The position numbers were made by a program, and so were the translations under genes. A stretch of DNA of 64,000 nt from Spirochaetia bacterium (GTDB taxonomy: Bacteria; Spirochaetota; Spirochaetia; CADAEX01), in NCBI GenBank assembly GCA_963662795.1, contig OY759746.1, forward strand, positions 3,360,001 through 3,424,000, given 5' to 3'. Of this stretch, positions 18,593-28,406 are shown piece after piece (the stretch's first letter is position 1; each line of letters starts with the position of its first letter). The notes below the pieces were generated by a model, which was not told the origin of the DNA, did no database searches, and saw nothing but the letters and a program-made list of their open reading frames with translations.

Positions 18593-20404
18593 ATGTCAAA
18601 AAAGAAAAATATATTTATTTTAAAAAGGTTGTCGCCTTATATGGGCAGGAAGAAAGTCCTTCTGCCGTTGTCACTAGTATTATCAGGAATTTCCGCAGTT
18701 CTTAACATTGTTCCTTTTGTGCTTGTATGGTTTATAACACGTGGTATATTGTTGGTTCCACAAGCGGTTGATGTTACTGATATCAGTTTTTATGCATGGT
18801 TCGCCTTTATAAGTGCGCTGGGAGGACTCGTAGTATATTTCTGCGCGCTAATGAGTTCACACCTTGCGGCCTTTCATGTAGAGGTTGGAATGCAAAAAAT
18901 CGGTATGAAAAAGGTTCTATCCATGCCGCTTGGCTTTTTTGATAAGTATTCAAGCGGAAAAATACGAAAAATCGTAAACGACGGAGCGGGTACAACGCAT
19001 ACGTTCCTGGCGCACCAGCTCCCGGATATGGCAGGCAGCATCATTTCTCCTGTAGTTCTAATAGCATTGATTTTTATCGTGGACTGGAGAATGGGGCTTG
19101 CGTCACTTGTCCCCATTATTCTGGGATTTATAACAATGAAATTTATGACGAGCACCAAAGGCAAGAGCTTTCAACAAATGTATTATGATTCTTTAGAGGA
19201 AATGAGTTCCGAATCTGTGGAATATATCCGCGGAATTCCAGTCGTAAAGACATTCGGTCAAACAATATTTTCTTTCAAACGGTTTTATAAAAGTATCATG
19301 AAGTATAAGGAAATGGTTCTTGCATATACTCTTCTTTGGCGAAAACCGATGTCGTTTTATACTGTAGTTATGCAGGCGGCTGCATATTTTTTAATTCCAA
19401 TGGCTATATTTTTAATCGGAAGGGGAGAAAACATTCCTCTTGTGTTGTCCGATTTTATTTTTTACATTCTGATATCGCCAATCTTTACTGTACTTTTAAT
19501 GAAATCGATGTATTTTCGGCAAAATGCTTTGATTGCGGGGCAGGCGATTGATAGACTGGACAACCTTCTGGATTATCCAGGTATGTATTATATCAAAAAC
19601 ACAATGACCATTAAAAATCACAGTCTGGAGTTTAAAGATGTTGTGTTTTTATATGAAGGAAGCAACAAACGTGCGATAGATAAAATAAGTTTTAAATTGA
19701 ATGAAGGTGAAACTGTCGCACTTGTCGGATCTTCGGGCGGTGGAAAAACGACAATTGCCCGGCTGGCTGCCCGCTTCTGGGATGTGGCCGAAGGTGAAGT
19801 CCTGGTTGGAGGAGTAAACGTCAAGGATATTCCCAAGAAAGAACTGATGAACAATATCTCTTTCGTGTTCCAAAGCACAAAGCTGTTCAAAGGATCATTA
19901 AGAGAGAATATTATTTTCGGAAAGGAAGACATCGGAGAAGAAGAAATAAATCAGGCAATTGATTCCTCCCAGTCAAGAGAAATTATAGAAAACTTACAGG
20001 ATGGGCTTGACACGGTAATCGGATCGAAAGGGACCTATCTTTCCGGGGGAGAACAGCAGCGAATTGCCCTTGCCAGAGCCATGGTCAAAAATGCCCCAAT
20101 TGTTCTTTTGGATGAGGCCACTGCCTTTGCTGACCCGGAAAATGAACATTTAATTCAAAAAGCCCTTAAGGAGCTTAGTCACGGAAAGACAACGCTAATG
20201 ATTGCTCATCGTCTAACCAGCGTACAAAATGTCGACAGAATTCTGGTCATTGAAGGAGGAAAGATTGCGGAGCAAGGAACGCACGGGCAGCTGCTGAATA
20301 AAGGCGGTGTTTATAAGACTATGTGGGATGAATATCAGAAAACTGTTGCATGGAAGATTGCTTTCAAAGAGACAGTGAGCATAGGAGGAGTCCAAAATGC
20401 TTAA
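18593..20404 (+). CDS. ABC transporter fused TMD-NBD, YbtP/IrtA-like
   Basis: SHLAAF, FLAHQLPD, EYIRGIPVVKTFG, GSSGGGKT, LSGGEQQR, LDEATAFADPENE. Confidence 0.85.
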   Translation: MSKKKNIFILKRLSPYMGRKKVLLPLSLVLSGISAVLNIVPFVLVWFITRGILLVPQAVDVTDISFYAWFAFISALGGLVVYFCALMSSHLAAFHVEVGMQKIGMKKVLSMPLGFFDKYSSGKIRKIVNDGAGTTHTFLAHQLPDMAGSIISPVVLIALIFIVDWRMGLASLVPIILGFITMKFMTSTKGKSFQQMYYDSLEEMSSESVEYIRGIPVVKTFGQTIFSFKRFYKSIMKYKEMVLAYTLLWRKPMSFYTVVMQAAAYFLIPMAIFLIGRGENIPLVLSDFIFYILISPIFTVLLMKSMYFRQNALIAGQAIDRLDNLLDYPGMYYIKNTMTIKNHSLEFKDVVFLYEGSNKRAIDKISFKLNEGETVALVGSSGGGKTTIARLAARFWDVAEGEVLVGGVNVKDIPKKELMNNISFVFQSTKLFKGSLRENIIFGKEDIGEEEINQAIDSSQSREIIENLQDGLDTVIGSKGTYLSGGEQQRIALARAMVKNAPIVLLDEATAFADPENEHLIQKALKELSHGKTTLMIAHRLTSVQNVDRILVIEGGKIAEQGTHGQLLNKGGVYKTMWDEYQKTVAWKIAFKETVSIGGVQNA

Positions 20405-22136
20405 ATACTTTCAAAATAAATATGCTTTGTCTGAAAAAGGCGCAAAAGACTTTTTACGCTCAATTATCTGGACTGTAGTAATGGACATCAGCTTTATGAT
20501 CCCGGTAATTCTTAGTTTTAAATTTTTAAATGAGCATATGAGTTCACTTTTAAACGATTCCGGTAATTTCACAAACAGCATTCTCTACTATGTAATTATG
20601 TCTGTAGCGTTTTTCCTTCTTATGTTTGTTATCGCATATTTTCAATACGACTCGACCTATACAAAGATTTATGAAGAAAGTGCTCTTCGAAGGATTAGCC
20701 TGGCTGAAACACTTAGAAAGCTGCCGCTGGCTTTTTTCGGTAAAAAGGATATTTCAGATTTAAGCTCAACAATTATGGAAGATACAACACAGATTGAACA
20801 GCTTTTTTCTCATTCAGTTCCACAAATTTATGCGGCGGTAGCGACAACTATACTAATGGGTGTGATGATGTTTTTTTACAACTGGAAGCTGTCTCTTGCC
20901 GTCTTTTGGGTAGTTCCGGTTGCCATCCTGGTTTTTTACCTGTCGAGAAAGTTTCAGAACAGGGTACATTCAGAACTATACAATAAAAAAAGGGATATCT
21001 CTGATGAAATTCAGGAGGGGCTTGATTCGGCTCATGAAATAAAAGCCTATAACAGAGAAGATGATTATTCTGATAACATAAACTCAAGCTTGAATAATTA
21101 CGAAAAGTCCTTGATTAAAGGAGAGCTTTTACTAGGTGCATTTATCAACCTGTCTTATGTATTCTTAAAGCTTGGGCTTCCAGGTGTCATCCTGGCCGGT
21201 GCTTATCTTTTAGCGACCGGCTCCGTGAATGTTTTTACCTACCTTGTTTTTCTTGTTATTGCTGCACGTCTCTATAATCCAATAATGCAGGCGCTGGATA
21301 ATTTTGCGGCACTAATATATCTGAATGTGCGTATAAAACGCATGAAAGAAATGGATGCCCTGCCGCGGCAGGATGGAAAATCTGTGATTTATCCTGAAAA
21401 CTACGATATCAAGTTCAATAACGTTGACTTTTCTTATCAGAATGGGGTGCAGATATTGAAGAATGTAAGCTTTATAGCCAGGCAGGGCGAGGTGACGGCG
21501 CTTGTCGGCCCTTCCGGCGGCGGGAAAAGCACTGTCGCTAAATTATCCGCAAGATTCTGGGATATAGACAAAGGTGTTATCACCCTGGGCGGAGAAGACA
21601 TCTCACTGGTTGATCCGGAAACCCTTCTGAATAATTTTTCAATAGTTTTTCAGGATGTTACACTGTTTAATTCAAGTGTTATGGAGAATATCCGTCTCGG
21701 AAAGAAAGGAGCCTCAGATGAAGAGGTAATAAATGCAGCGCAGCTTGCCCAATGCGATGAGTTTGTTAAAAAGCTTCCGCAAGGATATGATACCTTGATA
21801 GGAGAAAACGGAGAAAAATTATCCGGGGGCGAAAGGCAGCGTATATCAATAGCCAGGGCAATGCTGAAAGATGCGCCGATAATCCTGCTGGATGAGGCCA
21901 CGGCATCGCTTGATGCGGAAAATGAAAGTAAAATTCAAAGTGCTCTCAGCGAACTTATAAAAAACAAAACTGTCCTGATTATTGCTCACCGTATGAGAAC
22001 AGTTTCCGGAGCTGATAAAATTGTTGTTATAAAAGGCGGTACTATCGCTGAAACAGGAACACCTCAGGAATTAAAAGAAAAACAGGGAATCTTTTCATCG
22101 ATGTTAAGGACACAATATAGAGTGAACCAGCTTTAA
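20397..22136 (+). CDS. ABC transporter fused TMD-NBD, YbtQ/IrtB-like
   Basis: LRKLPLAFF, GPSGGGKS, LSGGERQR, LDEATASLDAENE; overlaps its partner by 8 nt. Confidence 0.85.
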   Translation: MLKYFQNKYALSEKGAKDFLRSIIWTVVMDISFMIPVILSFKFLNEHMSSLLNDSGNFTNSILYYVIMSVAFFLLMFVIAYFQYDSTYTKIYEESALRRISLAETLRKLPLAFFGKKDISDLSSTIMEDTTQIEQLFSHSVPQIYAAVATTILMGVMMFFYNWKLSLAVFWVVPVAILVFYLSRKFQNRVHSELYNKKRDISDEIQEGLDSAHEIKAYNREDDYSDNINSSLNNYEKSLIKGELLLGAFINLSYVFLKLGLPGVILAGAYLLATGSVNVFTYLVFLVIAARLYNPIMQALDNFAALIYLNVRIKRMKEMDALPRQDGKSVIYPENYDIKFNNVDFSYQNGVQILKNVSFIARQGEVTALVGPSGGGKSTVAKLSARFWDIDKGVITLGGEDISLVDPETLLNNFSIVFQDVTLFNSSVMENIRLGKKGASDEEVINAAQLAQCDEFVKKLPQGYDTLIGENGEKLSGGERQRISIARAMLKDAPIILLDEATASLDAENESKIQSALSELIKNKTVLIIAHRMRTVSGADKIVVIKGGTIAETGTPQELKEKQGIFSSMLRTQYRVNQL

Positions 22137-22165
22137 TGATAAATTACTGTCTTAAAGTAGGTTGT

Positions 22166-22350
22166 ATGATTGTTTTAGTGTTCCACTCACTGGGGCGGGG
22201 TGAAGTTAGTTGGGTTTAATGGCTTTCCATTGAACTGGATGTTACTATTGAGGTTATAGAATCAATGGTTAGTAAACTTTTATCTATAGGATATCTGGAA
22301 TGACAGAATGCGGTGATGATTATGATTGTCACTGCAGGGAAGGATTGCAC
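22166..22350 (+). pseudogene. Second FeoC-like gene, disrupted (not in the ORF track)
   Basis: Translation from ATG 22166: MIVLVFHSLGRGEVSWV*WLSIELDVTIEVIESMVSKLLSIGYLE*, ungapped colinear with the first 44 aa of 15972-16238; followed by frameshifted Cys-rich ECGDDYDCHC. Confidence 0.6.
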
Positions 22351-22423
22351 ACCTTTGTTCTCATTTAGTAGGGGTGTTCTGCTGTGAAAGATAATGATAA
22401 TTCGATTATTAAAAGGAAATGAT

Positions 22424-23239
22424 ATGGAACAAAAAATCAGTATTAAGAAAGGTAATGTTCAGGAAACTCTTTTGCTACCTTTGTGGGGAAGAGCAGTTGA
22501 AACTCAAAAAGTGAAACCACGAATGATTGACGAAAAGGCTGTTGAAATTATTGGCAGACTTGATTACGATTTTTCAGCTATAAACAAAACTCAATCCATG
22601 TCACAACATGGATGGATAGCAAGAAGCCTGCATATTGACAGGATGGTTCTTGAATTTATAAAGAAACATCCGAAGGGCACAGTTATTAATATTGGCTGCG
22701 GCCTGGATACGACCTTTGGCCGTGTTGATAATGGCAAGATATTATTTTACGAACTTGATCTGCCTGATGTTGTTGAACTTCGAAAACATTTTTTTAAAGA
22801 GAGTGAAAGACATAAAAGTATTGCTTCTTCATTTCTTGATACAGAATGGTTTGATAAGATAGAAGTTAATGACAGTTTGTTATGCATAGCCGGCGGAGTG
22901 CTCTATTATGTTTCAGAAGAAGAAATAAAAAAGTTTTTCGTTTTAATGGCAAACTATTTTGGAAAGTGTGATTTTTACTTTGATTCTTTGTCTCCCATGG
23001 CAATAAAAATTGCAACGAAAAAAGTGTTAGAATCCGGAGGAATGGACAGTACTTCTACTGTCGGCTGGGGACTAAAACCTGTACAATCCATCGAAAAATG
23101 GGATAAAAGGTTTAAAGTAATAACTGCAATACCAATGTATAGAGGAATGAAAAAAGGACTTCCTTTGTCGACTAAAATAATGTTAACCATTCCCGATATA
23201 CTCGGTATATGTTCAATGGTGCATATGAGAATGGAGTAA
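22424..23239 (+). CDS. SAM-dependent methyltransferase, LCM/TcmP-like (carboxyl-O-methyltransferase) family
   Basis: VQETLLLPLWGRA, VINIGCGLDT, ELDLPDVVELR, GVLYY. Confidence 0.85.
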   Translation: MEQKISIKKGNVQETLLLPLWGRAVETQKVKPRMIDEKAVEIIGRLDYDFSAINKTQSMSQHGWIARSLHIDRMVLEFIKKHPKGTVINIGCGLDTTFGRVDNGKILFYELDLPDVVELRKHFFKESERHKSIASSFLDTEWFDKIEVNDSLLCIAGGVLYYVSEEEIKKFFVLMANYFGKCDFYFDSLSPMAIKIATKKVLESGGMDSTSTVGWGLKPVQSIEKWDKRFKVITAIPMYRGMKKGLPLSTKIMLTIPDILGICSMVHMRME

Positions 23240-23421
23240 AGATGTGCCAGAATTATAAATCGGATTATGGAACGTTTTGATTGGAGGAATTCTCTTCCTG
23301 ATTATAATTTGAAGACTGGAAAGTAATAATTTAGGGATAAAGGGTTTTGCACTGAAAGTTTAAATGGGGGAAGATCTTCGGAGTCAGCAGCTCATACAAT
23401 TTAAGCATAAGGGGATGTTTC

Positions 23422-24039
23422 ATGGGTTTAACAAAAAAACGAAAAGATTTTATAGATAGAACAGCCCGAAAACCTCACGGGAAGAATGCCATAAAAAACT
23501 ACAACGAACCGAAAGCTCATTATAAAGGTTTTCAGATTATTCTGGAAAAGCTAAATCTGAGCTCGCAGGATAAATATTTTGAAATTGGATGTGGTGGTGG
23601 AGTGCTTCTTAAAATGGTTCTGGAAAAAGTTAACTTCTGTGCAGCAATAGATCACAGTTGTGATATGGTTCAATTGTCCATCAAAAACAACAGGCAGGCT
23701 GTAGAGAACGGACGGGCAGAAGTAGTTTGTGGGGACGCAGTAAAACTGCCATGGGAGGATAATACTTTCACTGCCGGGGCAAGTGCAAACATGTTCTTTT
23801 TTATTGAACAGCCTCAGGTAGTTTTATTTGAGATATTTCGTGTTCTTAAACCCGGAGGCCGCTTTGTTATGGTAACAATGGGAAAGGGATTGTTGGGTAA
23901 AATTACATTCGGATGGCTTTATTCACTGCGAACATATTCAAATAAAGAGATGAAATCCATGTTGATGGCAGCCGGATTCTGTAATATAGATATAAAAACC
24001 AGATTCTCTCAAATATGCTGCTGTGAGAAACCGTTATGA
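23422..24039 (+). CDS. Class I SAM-dependent methyltransferase
   Basis: EIGCGGG, GDAVKLPWEDNTF, EIFRVLKPGG. Confidence 0.88.
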   Translation: MGLTKKRKDFIDRTARKPHGKNAIKNYNEPKAHYKGFQIILEKLNLSSQDKYFEIGCGGGVLLKMVLEKVNFCAAIDHSCDMVQLSIKNNRQAVENGRAEVVCGDAVKLPWEDNTFTAGASANMFFFIEQPQVVLFEIFRVLKPGGRFVMVTMGKGLLGKITFGWLYSLRTYSNKEMKSMLMAAGFCNIDIKTRFSQICCCEKPL

Positions 24040-24677
24040 GAAAATCGGCAGCTGAACGGGCAGTAAAGGAACGGAAGTTCTGGGATAAATTTGCCAGAAA
24101 GTATGATGGATGTATACATGAAAATGCTTCTGTTACTTATGAAATACTTTCCGATACTGTAAAGGCAAAAAACCTGCTGGAAATTGCGACTGGAACAGGA
24201 ATAATGGCACTAAAATTAAGTAGCCGGATTTCAAAAATAACAGCTGTTGATCTATCTCCTGAAATGATAAAAATTGCAGAAGAGAAGAGGAACGCAGAAT
24301 TAATAAAAAATATTGATTTTAAGGTTGGGGATTCCTGCAGTCTTGAGTTTAAGGATAGCTCTTTTGACACAATAATAGCTGTAAATCTTTTACATCTTCT
24401 GTTTGATCCTGATCTGGCCTTACAGGAGATGAAAAGGGTGCTTGAAGATAATGGGCAGATAATCATTCCGACTTATTGTCATGGAGAGAGTTTTAAAAGT
24501 CATATTATATCAAGGCTAATGTCGCTCGCCGGTTTTAGAGCAAGAAGCAGGTGGTCAGTCACTTCTTTTAAAGTTTTCGTTGAGAGAAGCGGATTTGAAA
24601 TAATTAAAGAGATTGTAATTGATGGTCCTATCCCTCTGGTATATCTGGTTGTGATGAAAAAAGATCTGCATTCTTAA
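24036..24677 (+). CDS. Class I SAM-dependent methyltransferase (UbiE-like)
   Basis: FWDKFA..YD, LEIATGTG, AVDLSPEMI, FDTIIAVNLLH, EMKRVL. Confidence 0.88.
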   Translation: MRKSAAERAVKERKFWDKFARKYDGCIHENASVTYEILSDTVKAKNLLEIATGTGIMALKLSSRISKITAVDLSPEMIKIAEEKRNAELIKNIDFKVGDSCSLEFKDSSFDTIIAVNLLHLLFDPDLALQEMKRVLEDNGQIIIPTYCHGESFKSHIISRLMSLAGFRARSRWSVTSFKVFVERSGFEIIKEIVIDGPIPLVYLVVMKKDLHS

Positions 24678-24793
24678 GGAATTTATGAAAAAGGATGAGG
24701 GTGAATAGTCAAAGGAACAAGAAGAATTTTTTTATATTCAGCAGGTTATGCCTGATTTATTAAATACATGTTTACAGGAGAGGTTGAAAAATA

Positions 24794-25822
24794 ATGAATA
24801 TACCTGTTTTAGAAACCAGTTTTAACGGATTAAACAATTTACTGTATAAAAGTTATTTACCAAAAATAATAAATACTGCCGTGGATGCAGGATTTTTTGA
24901 AGAGCTGTCAAATACTCCAATGAATTTTTCCATACTGTCTGGAAAAACAGGGACAGATGAAAGAATAACGGAAGCTTTGCTTGATGTAATGACTGCTATA
25001 AATTTACTGGAGAAAACAGATGGCAAATACAGGCTTTCATTTTTGGCAAAAGATTTCTTGCTAAAAGACTCTGCAGTGAATCAAGCAGCCGCTTTCAAAA
25101 TGTTTTCAGGTTCAGCAGGTCCTTTTGATAATCTCGGTGAAGTTTTAAAAAACGGACCATCTGAGTTTAATCAGAAGATGTGGAGTTCCAGAGAAGCCGC
25201 AGCAGGAATGGAGGAGGGAGCAAAAGGGGGACTTTTGCAGTCAGTTGTTTCTTTTATAAAAGATATCCCTGAATTTAAACTATGTACCAGGATGTGTGAT
25301 TTCGCAGGAAATACAGGATACTATTCTCTTGCATTAATGGATGAAAACAGTAAACTCAAATCCTGTGTCTATGATTTACCTGAAGTTTGTAAAATAGCTG
25401 AGGAGTTGAGAGAAAAAGAGATTAATAGAGGAAGAATCACTTTCCACAGCGGGAATTTAATTGAAAAAAGTTCGTTCGGAAGTGACTATGATCTGTTTTT
25501 CTGTTCCCATTTTTTATATGAATTTGCTGCTAAAAACAACCTTTCTGTATTCCTGAAAAAGGTTAACAGATCTATGAAGCATGGCGGTTTATTTGTTTCA
25601 AGCCATATTTCTCCGGCTTCCGCCGGGGAAAATTATTTAACCCTTACTATTGTTGAACTTATTACCCGGTGTATGGGATATCCGACCCATCAAATATCTG
25701 AAATGACTATGAAGAAGTCATTAAATGAAGCTGGTTTTGGAAAATTCAGGATAAAACAACTTGATAAAGAGGCCTCAATTCCAACACTTCTTCTCTCCGC
25801 TGTAAAAATAAATGAGGAATAA
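24794..25822 (+). CDS. O-methyltransferase with N-terminal dimerisation domain (Methyltransf_2-like)
   Basis: N-terminal winged helix (TAVDAGFFEEL...LLDVMTAINLL), DFAGNTGYYS, YDLPEV, YDLFFCSHFLY. Confidence 0.82.
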   Translation: MNIPVLETSFNGLNNLLYKSYLPKIINTAVDAGFFEELSNTPMNFSILSGKTGTDERITEALLDVMTAINLLEKTDGKYRLSFLAKDFLLKDSAVNQAAAFKMFSGSAGPFDNLGEVLKNGPSEFNQKMWSSREAAAGMEEGAKGGLLQSVVSFIKDIPEFKLCTRMCDFAGNTGYYSLALMDENSKLKSCVYDLPEVCKIAEELREKEINRGRITFHSGNLIEKSSFGSDYDLFFCSHFLYEFAAKNNLSVFLKKVNRSMKHGGLFVSSHISPASAGENYLTLTIVELITRCMGYPTHQISEMTMKKSLNEAGFGKFRIKQLDKEASIPTLLLSAVKINEE

Positions 25823-25835
25823 ATAGAAGGAAATT

Positions 25836-26183
25836 ATGTTAAAAGAATTATTTATTGCAGGAGTTTCATTCGGCCTTTTTGTGGTATGTCCGAGAATGGC
25901 GGGGATGATGCATATAATAAATAAACATACAAATGTTTCCATGTTGATAACAGTTTTACTGGGAGTTCTCATTTCAATACCAATCCTGTTATTGATGGTT
26001 TTTACTTTTTCAAAATTTGGAGTTTGGGGAGCTCTGAGTGTCTGCGTTTTAACAGATCTGGGAGCTGCTCTGGTTATGAAAGAAATCAGCATGAGAGCCG
26101 GTTTTGAAACATTTGTTATTGCCGTTTTTGTTATTATTGGGGTAAAAATAGCTCCATTGCTGAGTAAGTTGATAATAAAATAG
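25836..26183 (+). CDS. Small 4-TM membrane protein of unknown function
   Basis: 115 aa hydrophobic ORF with CPRMAG motif, RBS, same strand as neighbours. Confidence 0.65.
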   Translation: MLKELFIAGVSFGLFVVCPRMAGMMHIINKHTNVSMLITVLLGVLISIPILLLMVFTFSKFGVWGALSVCVLTDLGAALVMKEISMRAGFETFVIAVFVIIGVKIAPLLSKLIIK

Positions 26184-26250
26184 AAAATACAGAAAGGATT
26201 TTTTAAGCCGGTGTAACACTGATTGACACAATACTTATGATGGTTAATAA

Positions 26251-26264
26251 TGAATGAAAATTCA
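26251..26264. promoter_or_regulatory. Operator TGAAT-N4-ATTCA in the tetR2 promoter
   Basis: TGAATGAAAATTCA downstream of TTGACA(26223); same palindrome at 26882-26895. Confidence 0.65.
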
Positions 26265-26282
26265 AAATTGGGAGATCAACCT

Positions 26283-26864
26283 GTGCCGCAGGTGTTAAAA
26301 GAAGAGATAAGGGAAAAAATAATGAAATCTGCTCTTGGTGAATTTTATGGAAAGGGATTCAAGTCTGCTACCATGAAAGACATTGCTTCAGCCGCCGGAA
26401 TTCCTACAGGGCTGATCTACTCATATTTTAAAAGCAAGGAGGATCTGCTTGAAAAAATAGTGCAGCCGGTAATTTCCCTGCTTAAGGACAGTATTCTTGA
26501 TAAGCTTCCTGATAACCCGGAAAATAATTTATATAATAAGGACTTGCCCATAATTCTCCGCTGCATTGAATATTACAATATGGAGATGGTTATACTTATC
26601 GATAAAAGTGAGGGGAGCAAAGTTTTTGAAATCAAAGAGGCAATTATTGATGATGTTACACGTCATTTGAAAATAACACCAATTCTTAAAGACACTGACT
26701 TTGACGAGATTTTTTATCACATTCTTGCAACAAACTTTATGGAAGGGGTATTTGAAATTGCAAGACATTATTCCGGCAGGGGTTGGGCTGAAACCATGCT
26801 GGATCTTCTGATAAAGCAGCATCTTTATGGAATCAGTTCCCTGCTCAAAGAAAAAGGGTCATGA
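26283..26864 (+). CDS. TetR/AcrR family regulator (start reassigned to GTG 26283)
   Basis: PQVLKEEIREKIMKSALGEFYGKGFKSATMKDIASAAGIPTGLIYSYFKSKEDL; GGGAGA RBS. Confidence 0.9.
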   Translation: MPQVLKEEIREKIMKSALGEFYGKGFKSATMKDIASAAGIPTGLIYSYFKSKEDLLEKIVQPVISLLKDSILDKLPDNPENNLYNKDLPIILRCIEYYNMEMVILIDKSEGSKVFEIKEAIIDDVTRHLKITPILKDTDFDEIFYHILATNFMEGVFEIARHYSGRGWAETMLDLLIKQHLYGISSLLKEKGS

Positions 26865-26881
26865 TTTTTTTGCTTTAAAAC

Positions 26882-26895
26882 TGAATGTATATTCA
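26882..26895. promoter_or_regulatory. Operator TGAAT-N4-ATTCA upstream of MATE
   Basis: TGAATGTATATTCA palindrome. Confidence 0.65.
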
Positions 26896-26923
26896 ATATT
26901 AAAAAATTATAAGGAAACAGATA

Positions 26924-28324
26924 ATGAATGAGAAAAGACTTCAAATGATGAGAGAAGGAAAGGTTCCAACTGTCCTTCTGAAACTGGGGATGCCCGCAAT
27001 AATAGGGATGATGACCAGTGCTTTGTACAATATTGTAGACGCATATTTTGTCGGAGGACTTGGGACAAGCCAGATGGGAGCCGTATCCATAGTCTTTCCC
27101 CTGATGATGATCATAATCGGTCTGGGACTTACCTTCGGAAGCGGTGCAGGATCCTATATATCAAGGCTTCTGGGGGAAGCAAACAGGGAGCAGGCAAACA
27201 GAACTGCATCAACAGCCCTTTTTACAAGCCTGATTATAGGAACCGTTTTTGCTGGCGGAATCCTCTTTTCCCTTGACAGGGTTCTAATTACTCTAGGTGC
27301 TACAGAAACAATACTGCCCTTTGCCAGATCTTACGCAGTGATATTTATCTCAGGAGGAATTCTTGAAATATTTAATGTCTGTATGAACAACATTGTTATT
27401 TCAGAAGGAGCTTCTAAGGTAACGATGACCTCTATGCTCCTTGCTGTTGGGCTGAACATTGTGCTGGATCCCATATTTATTTATACATTCGGGTTCGGTA
27501 TAAAGGGAGCAGCCATAGCTACAGTAATAGCGCAGGCTTCTGCATCACTTTTTTTCCTGTGGTATCTTCTGTGCAAGAAAGGGGCATTAAGAATATCAGT
27601 CGGGTATTTTACAATTAATAAAACCATCTATTCTCAGATACTGAAGATCGGTATCCCTTTATTGCTGCTTCAGTTGGCTTCAAGCGTTTCAATGGCTCTG
27701 ACAAACATGGTGGCAAAAAGTTACGGTGATACTGCTGTTGCTGCCATGGGGGTGGTCGCCCGTGTTTCTACTCTTGGGGCTTATGTTGTATTCGGATATG
27801 TCAAAGGCTTTCAGCCTCTGGCTGGCTACAGCTATGGCGCGAGAAATTATGAACGTCTTAATAAAACAATAAATATATCGTTACTATATACAACAGTCTA
27901 TTGTGTTATTGTCTCTTTAATAATGATTTTTATGCCTGAGTATATAATATCTATGTTCAGTAAGAATGATTCAGAACTGATTGCTGTTGGAACTGCAGCT
28001 CTAAGGGCTAACGGATTTATTTTTTCCGCGTTCGGGTTTCAGATGATATATTCAACTCTTTTTTTGGCTCTTGGTAAGGGAAAAGAGGGGGGAATTCTAA
28101 GTATGAGCAGACAGGGAATATTCTTTATCCCCCTTATTATAATTCTTCCCGGATTATTAGGGTTAAACGGTATAATTTACACGCAGTTGATAGCAGATGT
28201 ATTTACAGTAGTTATTACTGCGGCTTTTGCAGTAATGCTTAAGCGGGAATTGAAAGATGATGCTTTTTCCAGTCTTAATGAATCAAGGGAATTAAATATT
28301 GTTATATCTAAATATTATAATTGA
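26924..28324 (+). CDS. MATE family efflux transporter (MepA-like)
   Basis: LYNIVDAYFVG, ISRLLG, NIVLDPIFI...GIKGAAIATVIAQ, QPLAGYSYGA; 12 TM. Confidence 0.92.
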   Translation: MNEKRLQMMREGKVPTVLLKLGMPAIIGMMTSALYNIVDAYFVGGLGTSQMGAVSIVFPLMMIIIGLGLTFGSGAGSYISRLLGEANREQANRTASTALFTSLIIGTVFAGGILFSLDRVLITLGATETILPFARSYAVIFISGGILEIFNVCMNNIVISEGASKVTMTSMLLAVGLNIVLDPIFIYTFGFGIKGAAIATVIAQASASLFFLWYLLCKKGALRISVGYFTINKTIYSQILKIGIPLLLLQLASSVSMALTNMVAKSYGDTAVAAMGVVARVSTLGAYVVFGYVKGFQPLAGYSYGARNYERLNKTINISLLYTTVYCVIVSLIMIFMPEYIISMFSKNDSELIAVGTAALRANGFIFSAFGFQMIYSTLFLALGKGKEGGILSMSRQGIFFIPLIIILPGLLGLNGIIYTQLIADVFTVVITAAFAVMLKRELKDDAFSSLNESRELNIVISKYYN

Positions 28325-28340
28325 ATGAAGTTGAAATATA

Positions 28341-28389
28341 TTGACAATAGATCGACATTTGTCTAATGTGGTATTATAAAGTAATACCA
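28341..28389 (+). promoter_or_regulatory. sigma70 promoter with palindromic operator TGGTATTA-TAAAG-TAATACCA
   Basis: TTGACA(28341)-17-TAATGT(28364); perfect 8-5-8 palindrome at 28369-28389 covering the expected +1. Confidence 0.7.
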
Positions 28390-28406
28390 GTAAAGGTGAG
28401 AATAAT

